Numbered from the stretch's first letter, positions 12,466-33,960 are shown. The stretch: 64,000 bases of DNA from the human T2T-CHM13v2.0 reference genome, Homo sapiens (GCF_009914755.1 NC_060941.1); one strand, 5' to 3'. The notes: a model not told the origin generated them from the letters alone. Made by a program: numbers and translations.

Positions 12466-13072
12466 GTCAGGCTTGGTGGTAGGCCTGGCTACCCAGGAGG
12501 CTGAGGTGGGAGGATCACTTGAGCCCAGGAGTTCTAGGCAGTCACACACAAAGCTAAGTCGATCAGGTGTCCACACTAAGTTTGGCATCAATATGGTGAC
12601 CTCCTGCGAGTAGGGGATCACCAGGTTGCCTAAGGAGGGGTGAACTGGCTCAGGTCAAAATGAAAGAGGTCAAAACTCCTGTGCTGGCCAGGTGCAGTGG
12701 CTCACACCTGTAATCCCAGCACTTTGGGAAGCTAGGTGGGCAGATCACTTGATCTCAAAAGTTCAAGACCAGCCTGGGCAACATGGCAAAACCCTGTCTC
12801 TACAAAAAATACAAAAAAACTAGCTGGGACTGCTGGCATGCACCTGTAGTCCCAGCGCTACTTGGGAGGCTGAGGTGGGAGGATCACTTAAGCCCAGCAG
12901 GTGGAAATGGCAGTGAGCCATGATTACACTGCTGCACTCCAGCCTGGGTGACAGAATGAGACCCTGCCTCAAAAAAAAAAGAAAAAAAAAACCTGTGCTG
13001 ACCTGTGGTGGAATCACACCTGTGAATAGGCACTGCATTCTAGTCTGGGCAACACAGCAAGAATCTGTCTCT
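12466..13072 (+). pseudogene. 7SL (SRP RNA) retropseudogene interrupted by an Alu at ~12686-12991
   Basis: Contains the 7SL S-domain sequence that Alu lacks (ggcatcaatatggtgacctcc...ccaggttgcctaaggaggggtgaac...caaaactcctgtgctg). The 3' end resumes at ~13001. Confidence 0.92.
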
Positions 13073-13085
13073 TAAAAGAAACAGA

Positions 13086-13587
<502 letters not shown>

Positions 13588-14054
13588 TTAAGTAGACATT
13601 TCTAAGAAGCCTAAAGGACTGCTATCTGGGTGGGTGGACAATGAGAAGGCCTTGGCCTTATCATCTTGCTTTAGACAGCCCTGTGCTACCAGGAGGAAGG
13701 TAGAGAATCATGGATAATGGGGGTAGGGGTCTGCTCAGCATTGAGGTCCCACACCAGAGTGAGGGGACCAAGTCCCTTTGGAGGGAATGCTGTTGTGGGC
13801 TACAGTCACAGTGCAGGAAGCCCTGGCGGGGCCCCACATACACATTCTCCCATTGTGCTGGTGTTTTATGGTGGTCTGAAGAGATCTAGCATGTTTTATG
13901 GTTATTGGCTTTGAATTCCCTTAGAGTTGTTTAAGGAATTGTCCTAAGTATGCTGCAGTAGGAAGCTTGGGAAATGTTTCAGGATTTAGTCTGGTTCCAG
14001 AGGGTTTTAGAAAGCAAAGGTAACAGGTCTGTTTGTTTTCATTATATACCGCAG

Positions 14055-14140
14055 ATATAATGAAATCTAAAAGCAACCCTGACTTCTTGAAGAAAGACAG
14101 ATCCTGTGTCACCCGGCAACTCAGAAACATCAGGTCCAAG
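14055..14140 (+). CDS. MPRIP: MPRIP exon (DIMKSKSNPDFLKKDRSCVTRQLRNIRSK)
   Basis: ccgcag|AT acceptor and AAG|gtgagt donor. Confidence 0.95.
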
Positions 14141-14658
14141 GTGAGTCTGGGGTCCAGCCCCCTGGTGGGAGGGGCTTGAGGGACACTGGGGAGAGTAGCC
14201 CAAATTGAAGTATGAGTGCTCCCATGGGCCACAGCTGCCAAAGCCCCAGGGCCCAGCACTGAGCCAGCCCGAGCTCACCCTGCTGGGCTGGTTCTGGTGG
14301 CTTTGAGCTCTGTGTCTGTCTTGGAGCCACCTCCTGGCAATGACACTGACAGGCCAGGGCTGTGAAGAGCAGTGCTTGGCATGATCAGCTCCTGCCTCGA
14401 GGCCAGGTTTCACCCAGCCCTGCTCATGTCGGCCTGCTGTCAGCTGTGCCTGTGTTGTTCCTTGCACATCACTGTTGTGACACTGGTGCCGCCTCCAAGA
14501 GATGATGCTGCCTGCTCTTGTTCCCCAGCCAGGAAGCAGTACATCTTTAGTGTGCTGTCCAGAGCCAGCCATGCACAGGAGGGCGGGCGGAGGTGGGAGC
14601 GGCACCGCGTGTGTTTGGGATTGGTTGTGTGTCTCATGTCTGCTCTCTCCTCTGACAG

Positions 14659-14721
14659 TCCGTAATTGAGCAGGTCTCGTGGGATACCTGAAATGCACCC
14701 GCTTCCCGGCCCATGCAGGAG
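14659..14721 (+). CDS. MPRIP: MPRIP alternative 63-nt cassette exon, C-terminus SVIEQVSWDT* (TGA 14689-14691)
   Basis: ctctgacag|TCC acceptor and GAG|gtaaac donor. Peptide recognised as one known MPRIP C-terminus. Confidence 0.9.
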
Positions 14722-17249
14722 GTAAACCGCCTCTCCCACCGCCTGCATGCACTGCTCACACCCCCATGGCAAACGCCTGTGTCATGGTTACTTTATTTCA
14801 ATTCATCCTGCTCCAACAAACACATACCAAATCCAAGTGAGGTTTCTTTAACCTGCTCTGGGGAGTTAATTGGCACTCTAACCTCTTAACAGAGATGACC
14901 CTGGCAGTGAGGTGCTCCTCTAGCCTGGTGGGCAGGCAGAGAGCCAGGCACCCATCAGCATGCATGTTGGATAATCTGTGCACAACGGCTGAACTCACTC
15001 CACCCCCTCAGGGGACACTTGTCTTGCCCTCTGTCACGAGGTGGAATTTACAGATGTCCACACTGGCAAGTGAAGTCTACCGTCACCAAAGGCCTCGCCC
15101 ACCTAGTGAGCCACTTAGTGGCCTCTGTCTGTCAAGGCTAACAGGGTGGTCATTCTAGGAATGGATAAACCAGGACTAGAGCTTGGTGAAGATGGTTCAG
15201 AAGAGCGTGATAACTACAAGCAATAGGGGCGAAATATTTACCAGTATTTTTTTTTTTAATAAAACAAAAGCTTCTCACTAGGTGCCATTGAAGGCCCTAT
15301 GCCAGAGAGGAGGTGGGGGAGGGCCCATGGTGGGAGACACCCTGAGAATGAGTAGTTGCCGGCTCAGTAGCTTGATCTCGTTCATTCCGGAATGAGAACA
15401 TGGAGGAAAGCAAGAACCACGTCTTCCTCCCCATGCTGGCCCTTTCTCAGGCACACCCACAGCACCCCGCCGTCCGAAGGACTTCATCCTGAGGCTTGGT
15501 TAAAGAGTTGAAGGTTTTAAGCCTAGTCAGTTTGGTTTTATTTTTCTACAGTTCTAAGTCCCCTATACCCAAATATGGTTTAGGCTTGATTGAAAACTTA
15601 GCTTGGGCATTTTTCTTTAAACATAACGTTTTGTTTAGCAAAAGGAAACTTGTTCTTTTTTGGTTCACGGTTTTCTTACTGAAGATTCTACTACTTATTT
15701 GAGGCTAAACTGTAGCTAGTATCTTTGAGCTTTTCTTGAAGGAGTTTGAAGTTCACTATTAGTGATTTGGGCTTTTGGACCATGTCTATAAGTGACATGG
15801 GACCGGCTGTCACTGACAGGACCCTTCCAGGGAGGCTGTGCAACACCCACGGGCCCCTGACAGTAACTCTGTGCAGTGAGTGGGTGGGGGCCTCTCACAG
15901 TGGCTGGGAACCAGCCAGAGCAGGGATGAGGGAGCAGACTGTCTGGGCCCCAGGGCAGACTGAAAAGGATGGAGAGAAACCCCAGGATGGGGTCCTCCTC
16001 CTTATGTGTTTTTAAGTTGATGTTTGGCTTGGCTGGGTTTCCGTAATAAAAATCCTTGGAGTGCAGGGCTAGTCCTGCTGGCCCCAGCAGAAAGTCGAGG
16101 ACTTCCTAGATGTCTGTGGTGCAACAGGGCAGGATGGGGCCGTGTTCGCGCTCCCAGGAGACATTAGGAGGCACAGGCATGGGTGGGTGTCATCCTTTTC
16201 CTCAACTGTATCTGAAGACTCCACCCAACCCTTCAAGAAGATGGAAATGCAGTTGCCCAGAAACCGTACTTCTCAGTGGTGTTTTTTGATGTGGCATCTG
16301 ATGTGCACTGATCTGTGTCTTTTGTTCTGTTCTGTTTTTCTGTCCTGCCTCGCTCGAAAGGACCGCAAGTCTCAGCTGCTACAAAATCAAAGACAGCAAG
16401 TTGCTTAGGAGCAGCACAGCCTTTTCTGGGATTGAGACCAGAGAATGCTTCCCTCGGGGTTCTTAAGGGGCCCCCGTGTCTGTGGTCAGCTCAGTATGTG
16501 GGGCTACAGGAGGCACTCAGTGGAGACAACAGCCTAGGGGGAGATGAACCCCAGAGGGAGCTGGCTGAGCCTTGGGCTGAGCAGCCACCGGGAGAGAATC
16601 CAGAGGACGTAGAGAGAGAAACAGCCTCCTGCAGCCAGTGTGGGAATAACGTAGGGGATTTCACTTACTTCCCACCCTTGGAATTGTAGCAAGCCCAGCA
16701 TCACCTGAGCCTGAGCTCTGCCCTTTGTCACTGGGGCAGGAGCCAGTAGCGAGCATGCTGGGTGCTGTGGCTGTCAGGGCGCTCCCCTCCCCTGGGCCTG
16801 CTGTAGCAGGAATCTGGGGCTTCTGACGCAGTGCCTGCAAGGAGCAAACCCAGGCCTTAGGAGTGATCAAACTCACTACAGTCCTGACAGAAAGTCCCCA
16901 ACAAGCAGGAACCGGGATGTCAGTGACATCCCCCAGCCATGCTCCGGGGCCTGCCTCTGAGTAGCACTTAGGCTCAGGGCTGCCTGCCTGGCTTGGCCCC
17001 AGCCCCTTCAATGGTGACCAGATGTCTACCCAGGTCCTCTGCAAGACTGACTGCTGTGAGAACCCTGCACTCTGTGGGGAGGGACCCCCCAAGGGCACCT
17101 GGAAGCAGGCATGGGTGTTGAGGTACATCTGGGCTCAGAATGGGAGATGGATTTTCCCCCCATTCCCCCAGCCACTCTCTGTGGCAGGCTTCCAAAGAAA
17201 CCCTCTCAGAAACACACAATTATCAAGCTGTGACAACTGCTTGAGGTGA

Positions 17250-17567
<318 letters not shown>

Positions 17568-18874
17568 TGGACCAGTGAGTTTTAAAATGCTTAGCAGCAG
17601 AACCCTGTATTTAAAAATCACATTGTTTATTTATTTACACAGACACATAGCTCCAGAATATAGCAAACAAGCAGGTCTGTTCTGGGTAGAGCTGGGTGGG
17701 GTGGGGGACAGTGGAGCTCCCCCTTCCCTTGAGCTTTGGAGGGAGCCTCAAGCTGACCAGCCCATGCTCAGTCCCCAGTCTATCACACCAGAGTCTCCAG
17801 GACAGTGCCAGAGTGTGCCTGAGCCTAAGCTGGCGACTTCCCAGTAGATGGGGTACAGCCTGCAGTTTCACGTTGCTCAGGTTTTTGGTTGAAACTGGTA
17901 GAATCAGGCAGACCCTGAGCTAGAGCCCATCCCTTCAGCTTCCAGTTTCTCAGTAAAGCCTGTACCTGCACCAGCTCTGGCAAGGGTAAGCCACAGGGAG
18001 TCAGCAGGGCTGAGTGTGATGGCGACACTTAGCGTGAAGAGGGAGATAAGTGAAGAGCCACAGCACTTTCCAGTCAGTACTGGAATGCCCTTCATTTCCA
18101 GTCATTCTCTGAAAAGTGCTCTTCCTTTTCTTATTCAGAAATTAAATCATTGAGGAAAGTCTGTAAGAATGAGATGGGAAATACTCTGTCCCCTAGTTAG
18201 TAAGATCTCATTCATCTCTGGACATACAGATTTAAGCTTTAGCAAGATTCCACGTGAACAGAGTATTGGTTTTATGTTTTGAAAATCTTACTAGATACGT
18301 TGGCGTGTTCCCACATCCCCATAACACTCACAGGCCTCTGATGAGGGAATGCCAGAAATGGGTCTGAGGGCAGCAGGTGCTGCGGAGGCACTGTAGGAGC
18401 GAGGCCCTGTCCCGGGACACCCATCCTGCTGGGGATTCCCTGGAGCATCTGGTCCTCCTCAGCTGAGGCTGTCAGGTGAAGAATCTCTGGAGCTGGATGT
18501 GGACAAATCCATTCACAAGACAAGACACGGGGATGGGCAGTCTCCTTGCTCATTGCACTGTTTTCCCTGGCTGGATTCGTTTGATCACTGCTTCTCTAAA
18601 GAGCCCTAAGCTCAGAAGTTAGCTGCTTAAACACATGGTCTTGTCTCTCTGATTTTTTTTTCCTTTTTCATCCAAGTAATTTTGTGAAGGGGAAAACATC
18701 CTCCAATAACAGCATTTCCCGGGGACTCTCCTCCTGGCATGCCCACTAACCGCACCTGCACCCGGCTCTCTGACTGATGCCGGCTCCACCAGCGGTCCGG
18801 TCTGGTCCGGTCCGGTCCAGTGCAGGGGGTCTAACGGTGTGTTTATTTTCTCCTCCTGCTCTGTCTCTACCCAG

Positions 18875-18946
18875 AGTCTGAAGGAAGGCCTGACGGTGCA
18901 AGAACGGTTGAAGCTCTTTGAATCCAGGGACTTGAAGAAAGACTAG
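18875..18946 (+). CDS. MPRIP: MPRIP terminal exon coding part, SLKEGLTVQERLKLFESRDLKKD*
   Basis: Pyrimidine tract plus ccag|AGT; TAG at 18944-18946; in frame when the cassette exon is skipped. Confidence 0.93.
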   Translation, partial: SLKEGLTVQERLKLFESRDLKKD

Positions 18947-19594
18947 GTGTGTCCCATCCAAGTTGAGCACGCGCCTTCCCCAGCTTGCAGCAGCACACCC
19001 CAAGCGCTGCTTTTCACCTGTACCTTTGTTTTATTATTATTATTATTATTGCTGTTGTTGTCATCGTTAACTGTGGGCATGGAATGCGTGAGGCTGGCTT
19101 CTGGGTTGTCCACACCACTCTCTGCTGTGTTGACTTCCTGTTGTCTTCATCAAAGCTTTTTTCCGTGGTATTCTAAAATTAGGCCAGCAGTGGGGGCTGG
19201 GAGGGCATCTGTGTTAGTCCTTTCCTGGCTGTGACCCGCCACACTCACTGTCAGTATTAAGGCCCAGCAGCCTGTTGATAAGCTACCCTGTCTCACCATG
19301 TGCTGGTGTGGAAACGGGGCCCAGCCAGCACGCCTCAAGGTAGATGGAATCCCCACTGGTCAGAGAAAAAGCTATGCGGACACTCCAGCTTGGCCTGGGT
19401 CACAGCACTGACTCCTCACCCGCTAGTCTGGCTGTTAAGAGGAGAAAGTGCACTGCCTTCCAGCCCAGGAGGAGGACAGCATTTTGTATTTGTTCCACTG
19501 ATGCAGCTTAGAACCACACCCCTGAGAGTCGTGGCAAACCTTTCACAACCTGGAAAATGTTGAAAGCAACCATTCCTATTTTTGTTTGTTTTTT

Positions 19595-19600
19595 ATTAAA
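19595..19600 (+). terminator. Proximal polyadenylation signal ATTAAA (MPRIP)
   Basis: ATTAAA after a U-rich tract, ~650 nt past the stop codon. Confidence 0.55.
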
Positions 19601-20624
19601 TCTTGCACAAAATCCCCGGCCCCTCTCCTTCCTTCCTTCCTTCCTTCCTCCGCTCGTTCCTTTCTTGGTCTCCAGTAACCCTGGTCTTTTCATAACTGCT
19701 CGAGATTGTTGACCTGCAGCCCAGGTTTCAGACTCTGATTGCAAAAAACAAATGAATTCCCCCCAGGAATCATTCAAAATGGGGGAAGGTTTGGGGGTTT
19801 GGGTTTTTTTTTTACCTTTTGGAAAAGAAACCGTCACATTGCTTTGGAAAAGGTTGAGAGGAGACCCCTGTTAAGTCAAGAAGAAAGTACAGAGGATGTC
19901 AGAATCTGATGAGAACAGCACATTAGTGTTTATTGAGACTCCGATCTTAACTCTCATTTAATTAATCTGAGCTCTGAAAACCTATCTTGCAGCATTTATC
20001 TTTAAAAGAGCCTGGTTAAAGTAAACCTATACTAACAATTTTGCTTTTTCTAACAGTTTGAGGAAGACCTTTTTAACCACCACAAAACATTCTATGGCAA
20101 TTCTTGAAAATCTCTTAAATTGGAGTCTATTATGGCCCCATGAAAACCATTAATCCCATTAAGATAGGGAGTATAAACCCCTGGCTGGTGGAACAGGTTC
20201 TGCTACTTTAGGAGCAAGGTGGGGTGTGAGTAGATGGTTTTCATGCCAAGAACATGCTTTCACTTTGTATTCATGCTTGTGTTGGTGTGATGGTCTCTGT
20301 GGGTGGGTGGATGCTTTGGGCGTTGAAATCTAGAAATCCTGTTGCTCAGTTTCTAGATGAAGTCATGAGCAAGGCCATCAGTGGAGCTCTGGCCCCGCCC
20401 CCAATGTGCAGAAGGGCCGGGAGCAAGGCCTGGAGTTTTCATGTGTTTTCAGACCCAGGTTTAGGTGCTCTCTTCTCACTGAAATAACTAAGTGCTCTCC
20501 ACTGGCATCGAGCCCTTTCCACAAGTTTTTAAGGCTCTTAACCCACACTTTCACTCCTCTGCTACTAGTCTTCAGTGTTGTTAACAGCAAGAGAAAATTG
20601 GGTTTGTTTAAAAATCTACTTCTC

Positions 20625-20770
20625 TGAGGTGGCACAGTTGCGTAGCTGTAGTCCCAGCTACTCAGGAGGCTGAGGTAGTAGGATTGCTTGAGCCCGGGAG
20701 GTCGAGGCTGCAATCAGTCATGATCGTGTCACTGCACTCCAGCCTGGGTGACAAAGCAAGGCCCCATATC
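20625..20770 (+). mobile_element. Alu right-arm/FRAM-like monomer in MPRIP 3'UTR
   Basis: gtagtcccagctactcaggaggctgagg...cactgcactccagcctgggtgac. Confidence 0.8.
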
Positions 20771-23169
20771 AGATATAGATATACTTATCAGACCCCCCCT
20801 GACCATTTAGATTGGCAGTGCTTTGAGAAATGCACTATGACCTTTCTGTGTCAATGGGAATATACAGAAGGAACATTCGGGACCCCGCTGTCCCCCACAG
20901 CCTCATTGTTGTCTCCAGGACACTGCTGGGTCACACGAATGCTCCAGGACAGACAGGGACCTGGAGTGCATCAGGATCTGACCAGATAGGAGTTTTTGCC
21001 TCGTATCTGGGTGCTACGATTTTGTGCCGTTCTCTGAGGTCCACCACCTGCCCTTCCTGGCATGGTTTCCTTCGTGACCATCCCTGCTGCCCCTGGGGGT
21101 GGACCCCACTGGCCCTTCTGCAGACAGCTCCCTGCCTTCTGCCCTCCAGGGGGTTCTGGCCAGAGTCCATGCTTGGAGACAGGATCATCTGCCTTCAGCC
21201 CTCACAGTGCTTTAAATTAAAGCAAGTTTGCCCATAGGACAAAAGAGCATTTGATTCCCTTTTTTCTGTCACATATCCCTTGAGGCTGGACTTCAGGAAT
21301 CCTGGAAAATTAATATGAGTGCAGCATGTGAGGGGTCAGAGACAGGCCAGCAGGGCGTCTGCATTCCTCCCTGCCACAGGTCTCTCCCCAGAGGCTGGTT
21401 TAGTGTAGGGTATTGCCAGGAAACGGACTGAGGCTGCTTTGCTAAGAGCTCCTGAAAATGCCCTGGGCCTGTCCTGGCGTTTCTGAAGAGCCCTCATACA
21501 GGGACAGCCACCATCTGGGTCAAGGAAGTCTGGGTTCCCTGCTGGTGGGCTCCATCCTGCGATGGAGTGAACCAGGCGAGAAAGGATGACGATGTTCTTC
21601 ATGTTGCACCTGGACATGCCCCAGGAACAGAGACTTGCCCAGGTGGCAACACTGGCACAGATGTTGACGGCTGCCCAACTGGTGCCACACTGAGCAGGGA
21701 GCCTTGTGCTGCACAGGGCTGGGCCCTCTCTCCAGTTTCCTTCCTGCAGGCATCCAAATACCCTGGAAGGGATTTAACCCCTGAATTCCAGAGGGAAGAA
21801 AGAAGAACAGTGAAGAAGTAGAACTGGTTTCTGTATGGGGAGAGGAAAGTCTTAGGGACAGCTGCAGGCGGGGTCTCAGGCTGCTCCTTGGCACCAGCTA
21901 CACAGTAGTGAGCTTTCCCAGCTTTACCGATGAGGAAGAAGTTCAAATAGATAGACTTCAGCATTTTAATTATTTTCCTATAAATGTATTTATGTGTAGT
22001 ATGCTAGCACCAGCCAGTAAGCTGTGCCACACATATGAATGGGAAAGCGAGGCAGTTGTGCTCGTGTGAGTTTCTGCAGGCTTGTGGGTAATTACCTTGT
22101 GTGCACGCCTGCACGTGCAGAATAGTCACTTTCTGCTGGTCAGTTTCTTTATCCACCCATGGTGCCCCAGCCCCAGGCAGGTGTGGAGACCAGCATTTCA
22201 GAGGACGCGCTGTCCACAGCCTCCCGGGTCTGAGTGGATCATTGGGCAGGGGTGGAGACAGTGCGCTGCCCTCTGAGCTGGAAGCCTGTGCTTCAGGGAG
22301 TCATAATGGGCCTGTGCTAAGTGGGTGATGCAGTGGACATCCCAGGGCGACTAGAGGTGGCAGTATCGCGAATTTGCAGGTTTATTGAACAAGAGGTAAC
22401 ATCGGAGAGGATCTTGCCTTCGGATTCAGCAAGTATGAAGGCAGAAGAGCATGGAGAGCAAGGCCCCACAGCCTGCTTAGTGAGTTGGAAGGCCCAGCAA
22501 GAACCTGTTTCTGCAGCAGCCACCAGCTCCCATCACCCCTTGACCCTCCAGCTCATGCTGGAGAAGAGGGAATTTTGGCTGTTTAAAGAACACAGTTGTG
22601 AATCTCAGAATGTGCCTGAAAGGAATACTGACAGATAAGGCCGGAAACAAAACTGATGGCTTGAAAAACATTTTTATGGAATGTATTTACTATCATTTTG
22701 TTTTACTATAGAGGTAGATGGGACTCTTAACTTTTGGGTACATGGAAACATGCTGAAAACTGAACACAATCCTGATCATCACTCCTGCCTGGCTGTCTCC
22801 TGGGAGGCTGCCGGGTGCCACGGAGCTGGGACACAGCAGAGCCCGCTAGGTGTTGCAGGGCCCTGGAGGCCAAGGCCACCCTGTGTGGGGTCCCTGTTGG
22901 CAGCCAGGTCCCTACACAAACAAGTAATCCTGTTTGGCCTCCTAGGTTTTGCATATGACCTGCAGCCTAATTTGGGGTGTAGGGGAAGCTCTGCTGGCCC
23001 TTGCTCCTTTGTATGTTGGGTGACTTTAATGGCTGGCCACATACCCCTTTCTCCCAGCTACTCATTCACTGACTTGGGTAAGTTCTAAGACAGTTCGCAC
23101 TTAGAAAAGAATGTGACACATCAACATTAACTTTTCCTGAAAAGAAGAGTTTGCCTAACATGGTCCTAA

Positions 23170-23540
<371 letters not shown>

Positions 23541-26500
23541 TATAAGATACGGTAAAAAAAAAAAAACTGTGACCCCTTTGTCACTAAGGGAGAAAGAAAT
23601 TAAGTATTGTCAAAGTTCTATAAAGAATGGAAATGTATGATATTATACTTCAAAGGAATTTGATGTTGAAATTTTAAAGAAAATTTGTCATGTTGATGAG
23701 AAGCTTCACTTTCCTGGGAACTTCATTCGTTTTAGGGCATGAGATAAAAGTCCTGGCTAGGGGAGCCATAGGTCTGTTGTACAAGGAATTTGCTTTCTAA
23801 ACAAGTTGTAACTTGCCCTAAGGTCCCTGTTGGAGCACTAAGAGGTGACACAGGCCAGAGACAACGTTTCGTTTCCCCTTCCCTGCAAGCTGGGATCAGC
23901 CCTGTGTTTTCTCCTTTCAGCTGAAGTGAGCGAAGGTTCTCAGTGCTGGCAAAAGAGCCCACTTTCTAAAAGGACTTGGGAAGAAAGCTGCTGGGAACTT
24001 GCTTATTAAAAAGTTCCTTAGAATTAAGGTATCTACCCACTGTTTTCGCACCTTTCACCTTCCTGGGCTTTCCTGCCCTCCAGCATTCTTCTCTAGAGAG
24101 GTTCCTAGCCCGCTCAGCGCGAGCGTCTCCAGTAGGTAATAGCAGCTGAACGTGGGTTTTCCACGGACTTCAGGCTTGGAGGTGCCATATACAAGCACAC
24201 TTCTTCCTTCCCCTGGCTTCTCCATGCCACCACCCACTTTAAAGATGTAAACTCAGTAGATTTTTCATCCAGTGAACGGTCATCTTCACATCGAAAGGTG
24301 AAGGCCACCACTGTTCTCAATGCCAAGCAACAGAACGTTCTGAGATGGCCGTTCTTCCTTGCACAGCAGCTACGGCAGGTTGTTCTGCAGCCACCCCTTA
24401 GAGGGGGCTCTTCGTTTTACCTTTGTACAGTTCTTGTGTTTACACATTTGGGCCAAACAGCTTTCAGCAAGGGCATGTGTCCACAGCTGATGGGCAGTTA
24501 AGAACCAGCCTGAGCTGAAGGCTAGTAATACCGTGCTGTAGGCTCTTTAAAAGGAAAGCCTGGCATAAACCCAGCATGGAAAGGAACATTATCAGTTATC
24601 TCAAATTTTGTCTGCCAGGGACAAGACCCTGTTCATTCTTTTGCCCTTTTCAGAACTGTGAGCTTCAAGTATTCTTGCTTCTCTGTAAAGGGAAGACATC
24701 TCCCTTCTCTGAAATCCTTCAACAAAAGAAAAGGCTCTTGGCAGGGTAGGGGAGTCAGTAGCTCAACACTAGATCATCCCTAGAGATGGGGCAAGTTTCT
24801 GTCTGAACACGTCTTGGGTCCGAGTCCTTAGGTGTTCGGATGCAGTACTTTGTGAATACTTAAGCTACTGCATGCTTGGTGTAGCTTGCAATTTCTCTGT
24901 ATTTAAAAGCAGCTGTGTTTATTTTCTTCAAAATAACCTGTATATTATTTAGAGCAAGCAATGTAAATATTACTGAGAAGTTACTGCAGGGATTTTTGTG
25001 ACAGAGTTTGTATGGGTTTTTAAAAAAATCTTAGACACCCCTTTTTAAGATGGGGAGAACAGGGTTGACTGCACCGTTGAAGCCCGCCCAGCATTATAAG
25101 GAAATGTTTTTAATGACTGCTGCATCTTTGTAAAACGTTTGGTCATCTAACAGATGGTTTTAAAGTGTACAATATCCAAAATAACGATAGCCCTGTATCC
25201 ATACATTGTTTCATTGAAAGAATTCTCTATTGCCTCTTCTTGGTAGAGCCAGAGTCCTTAAGGAAAATCAGGAAAATGAAGAAAATGATGGTGCCATCTT
25301 GACCAGACTTCTGCACAGTAATTTAACGCTATCCTAGGGAGACTTGGTTGAAGGCACAGTTCTGGGATCAGGGTCTAAATGTGCAGTTTCTGAGAACCTT
25401 CAAGACCACTCACTGGGCAGGGCTCTGTGGAGCACTGGAGCTGTTTGGATTCCCCAGCCCTTTGGTCATATCCTGGAATTCCGTGGAGGCTGCAGAACTT
25501 AGATGCAGCTGTTTTTTACAGCACCTATTTTTGTCAGATTGGTAAGGAAACACTGAGTCACAGAATACTTAAGAATTGGAGACTCCAGTAATGTAGGATG
25601 GCCTGAGAGGACGTCCAAGTCCCAAGGGGTGGACACGGCATGTTCCTCGGGCACAGCCTCAGTGGGGGCCTTCCCCAGGCGCAGCTCGGCCACCTGAGGA
25701 AAGGGTGTTTCGGAGGCGCAGCCACACACACAGCGCTGGCAGCCTCACGGTCACGCCCATCACTCCCTGCCCCCCACTGCCCTTGAGAAGTTAGTGGTGT
25801 CACATCCTTAGTTTTATAGACAGCTAGGAATAGATTGTGAAGAACACTCAGTTCACTACTGTGTTACATTTATATCACAAGCTTCAATTAAAATGGATTT
25901 TAAAGGATTTTAGGATTTACCTTTAGTATTAACAACGTATCTACTGACATACTGTTAGGATTCAAAACCAGTTAAGTATAAGAATTACTTCATGTGGTTT
26001 TCCTAGGGTACAATTTATAAAAGGTAGAAAGCATCCAAGTGGCTCCTCAACAATTACAATTCTTAATGATTTTTCTCACAGCTGTGCCCTTCTGTCAGGG
26101 TCAGTGTCAAAATTCGTTATCAAAGGCAAAACCTACTGTGCCAAGCTGGGGCGCTATATGTGAACGGAGTGGAAATGCTTCAGTCACCTCTGCCGCAGCT
26201 TGTGATTCCAGCAGTTCTCACAAACCTTCTGTCACATGATGAAAAGAAGCAGCTTGTATAATTCCAACTGGTGTTTCATTTCTGTTCTAATGCTAAGTGG
26301 TAACGCTTAACAAACAGACTAAAAGCTGTGTGCAGAAGAAAGGGCTGAATGAGTACCGCCTCCCTAGGTTCCAGCACAGCGCTCGGGTCTAAGAAGTAGA
26401 GCCCCGGGGTAGGGTGGGCCATCCACTGTCAGGCCAGTGTCTCAAGAAAGCCTGACCAGCTGAGCTGCTGCTTTTTTTTTGGGGGGGGGGGGGGGAGGGG

Positions 26501-26674
26501 CGTCTTGAGGCTTTTTTTTTTTTTACAAAGTTAGTTTGTGATCAACGATTCACTACAATTGAAGTGTTACTTTGTCAGAATATTTATTCCTTTGTGTGAC
26601 ATGCTAGATTCCCTGGATGTAGCTGATCATTTTTATTTTGTAAATATTACCTAACTTTACATAAACTATATCAT

Positions 26675-26680
26675 AATAAA
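26675..26680 (+). terminator. Distal polyadenylation signal AATAAA (MPRIP)
   Basis: AATAAA with upstream TGTA/U-rich and downstream GU/U-rich elements. Confidence 0.75.
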
Positions 26681-26825
26681 CTATTTTTGCATCACCCTTT
26701 GCATGCTGTGTAATGAGATTTTGTTTAGTTGAGAGACATCTGCAAAATAAGCACGCAGGTCAAAAGGCAAACTGAACAGTAGCCTCCAGCTCTAGAGTGG
26801 GTTGATTTCAGTTTCATTACCTCCT

Positions 26826-31692
<4,867 letters not shown>

Positions 31693-31706
31693 TAAAAACT
31701 GGGTTG

Positions 31707-32806
<1,100 letters not shown>

Positions 32807-32809
32807 TTG

Positions 32810-33960
<1,151 letters not shown>

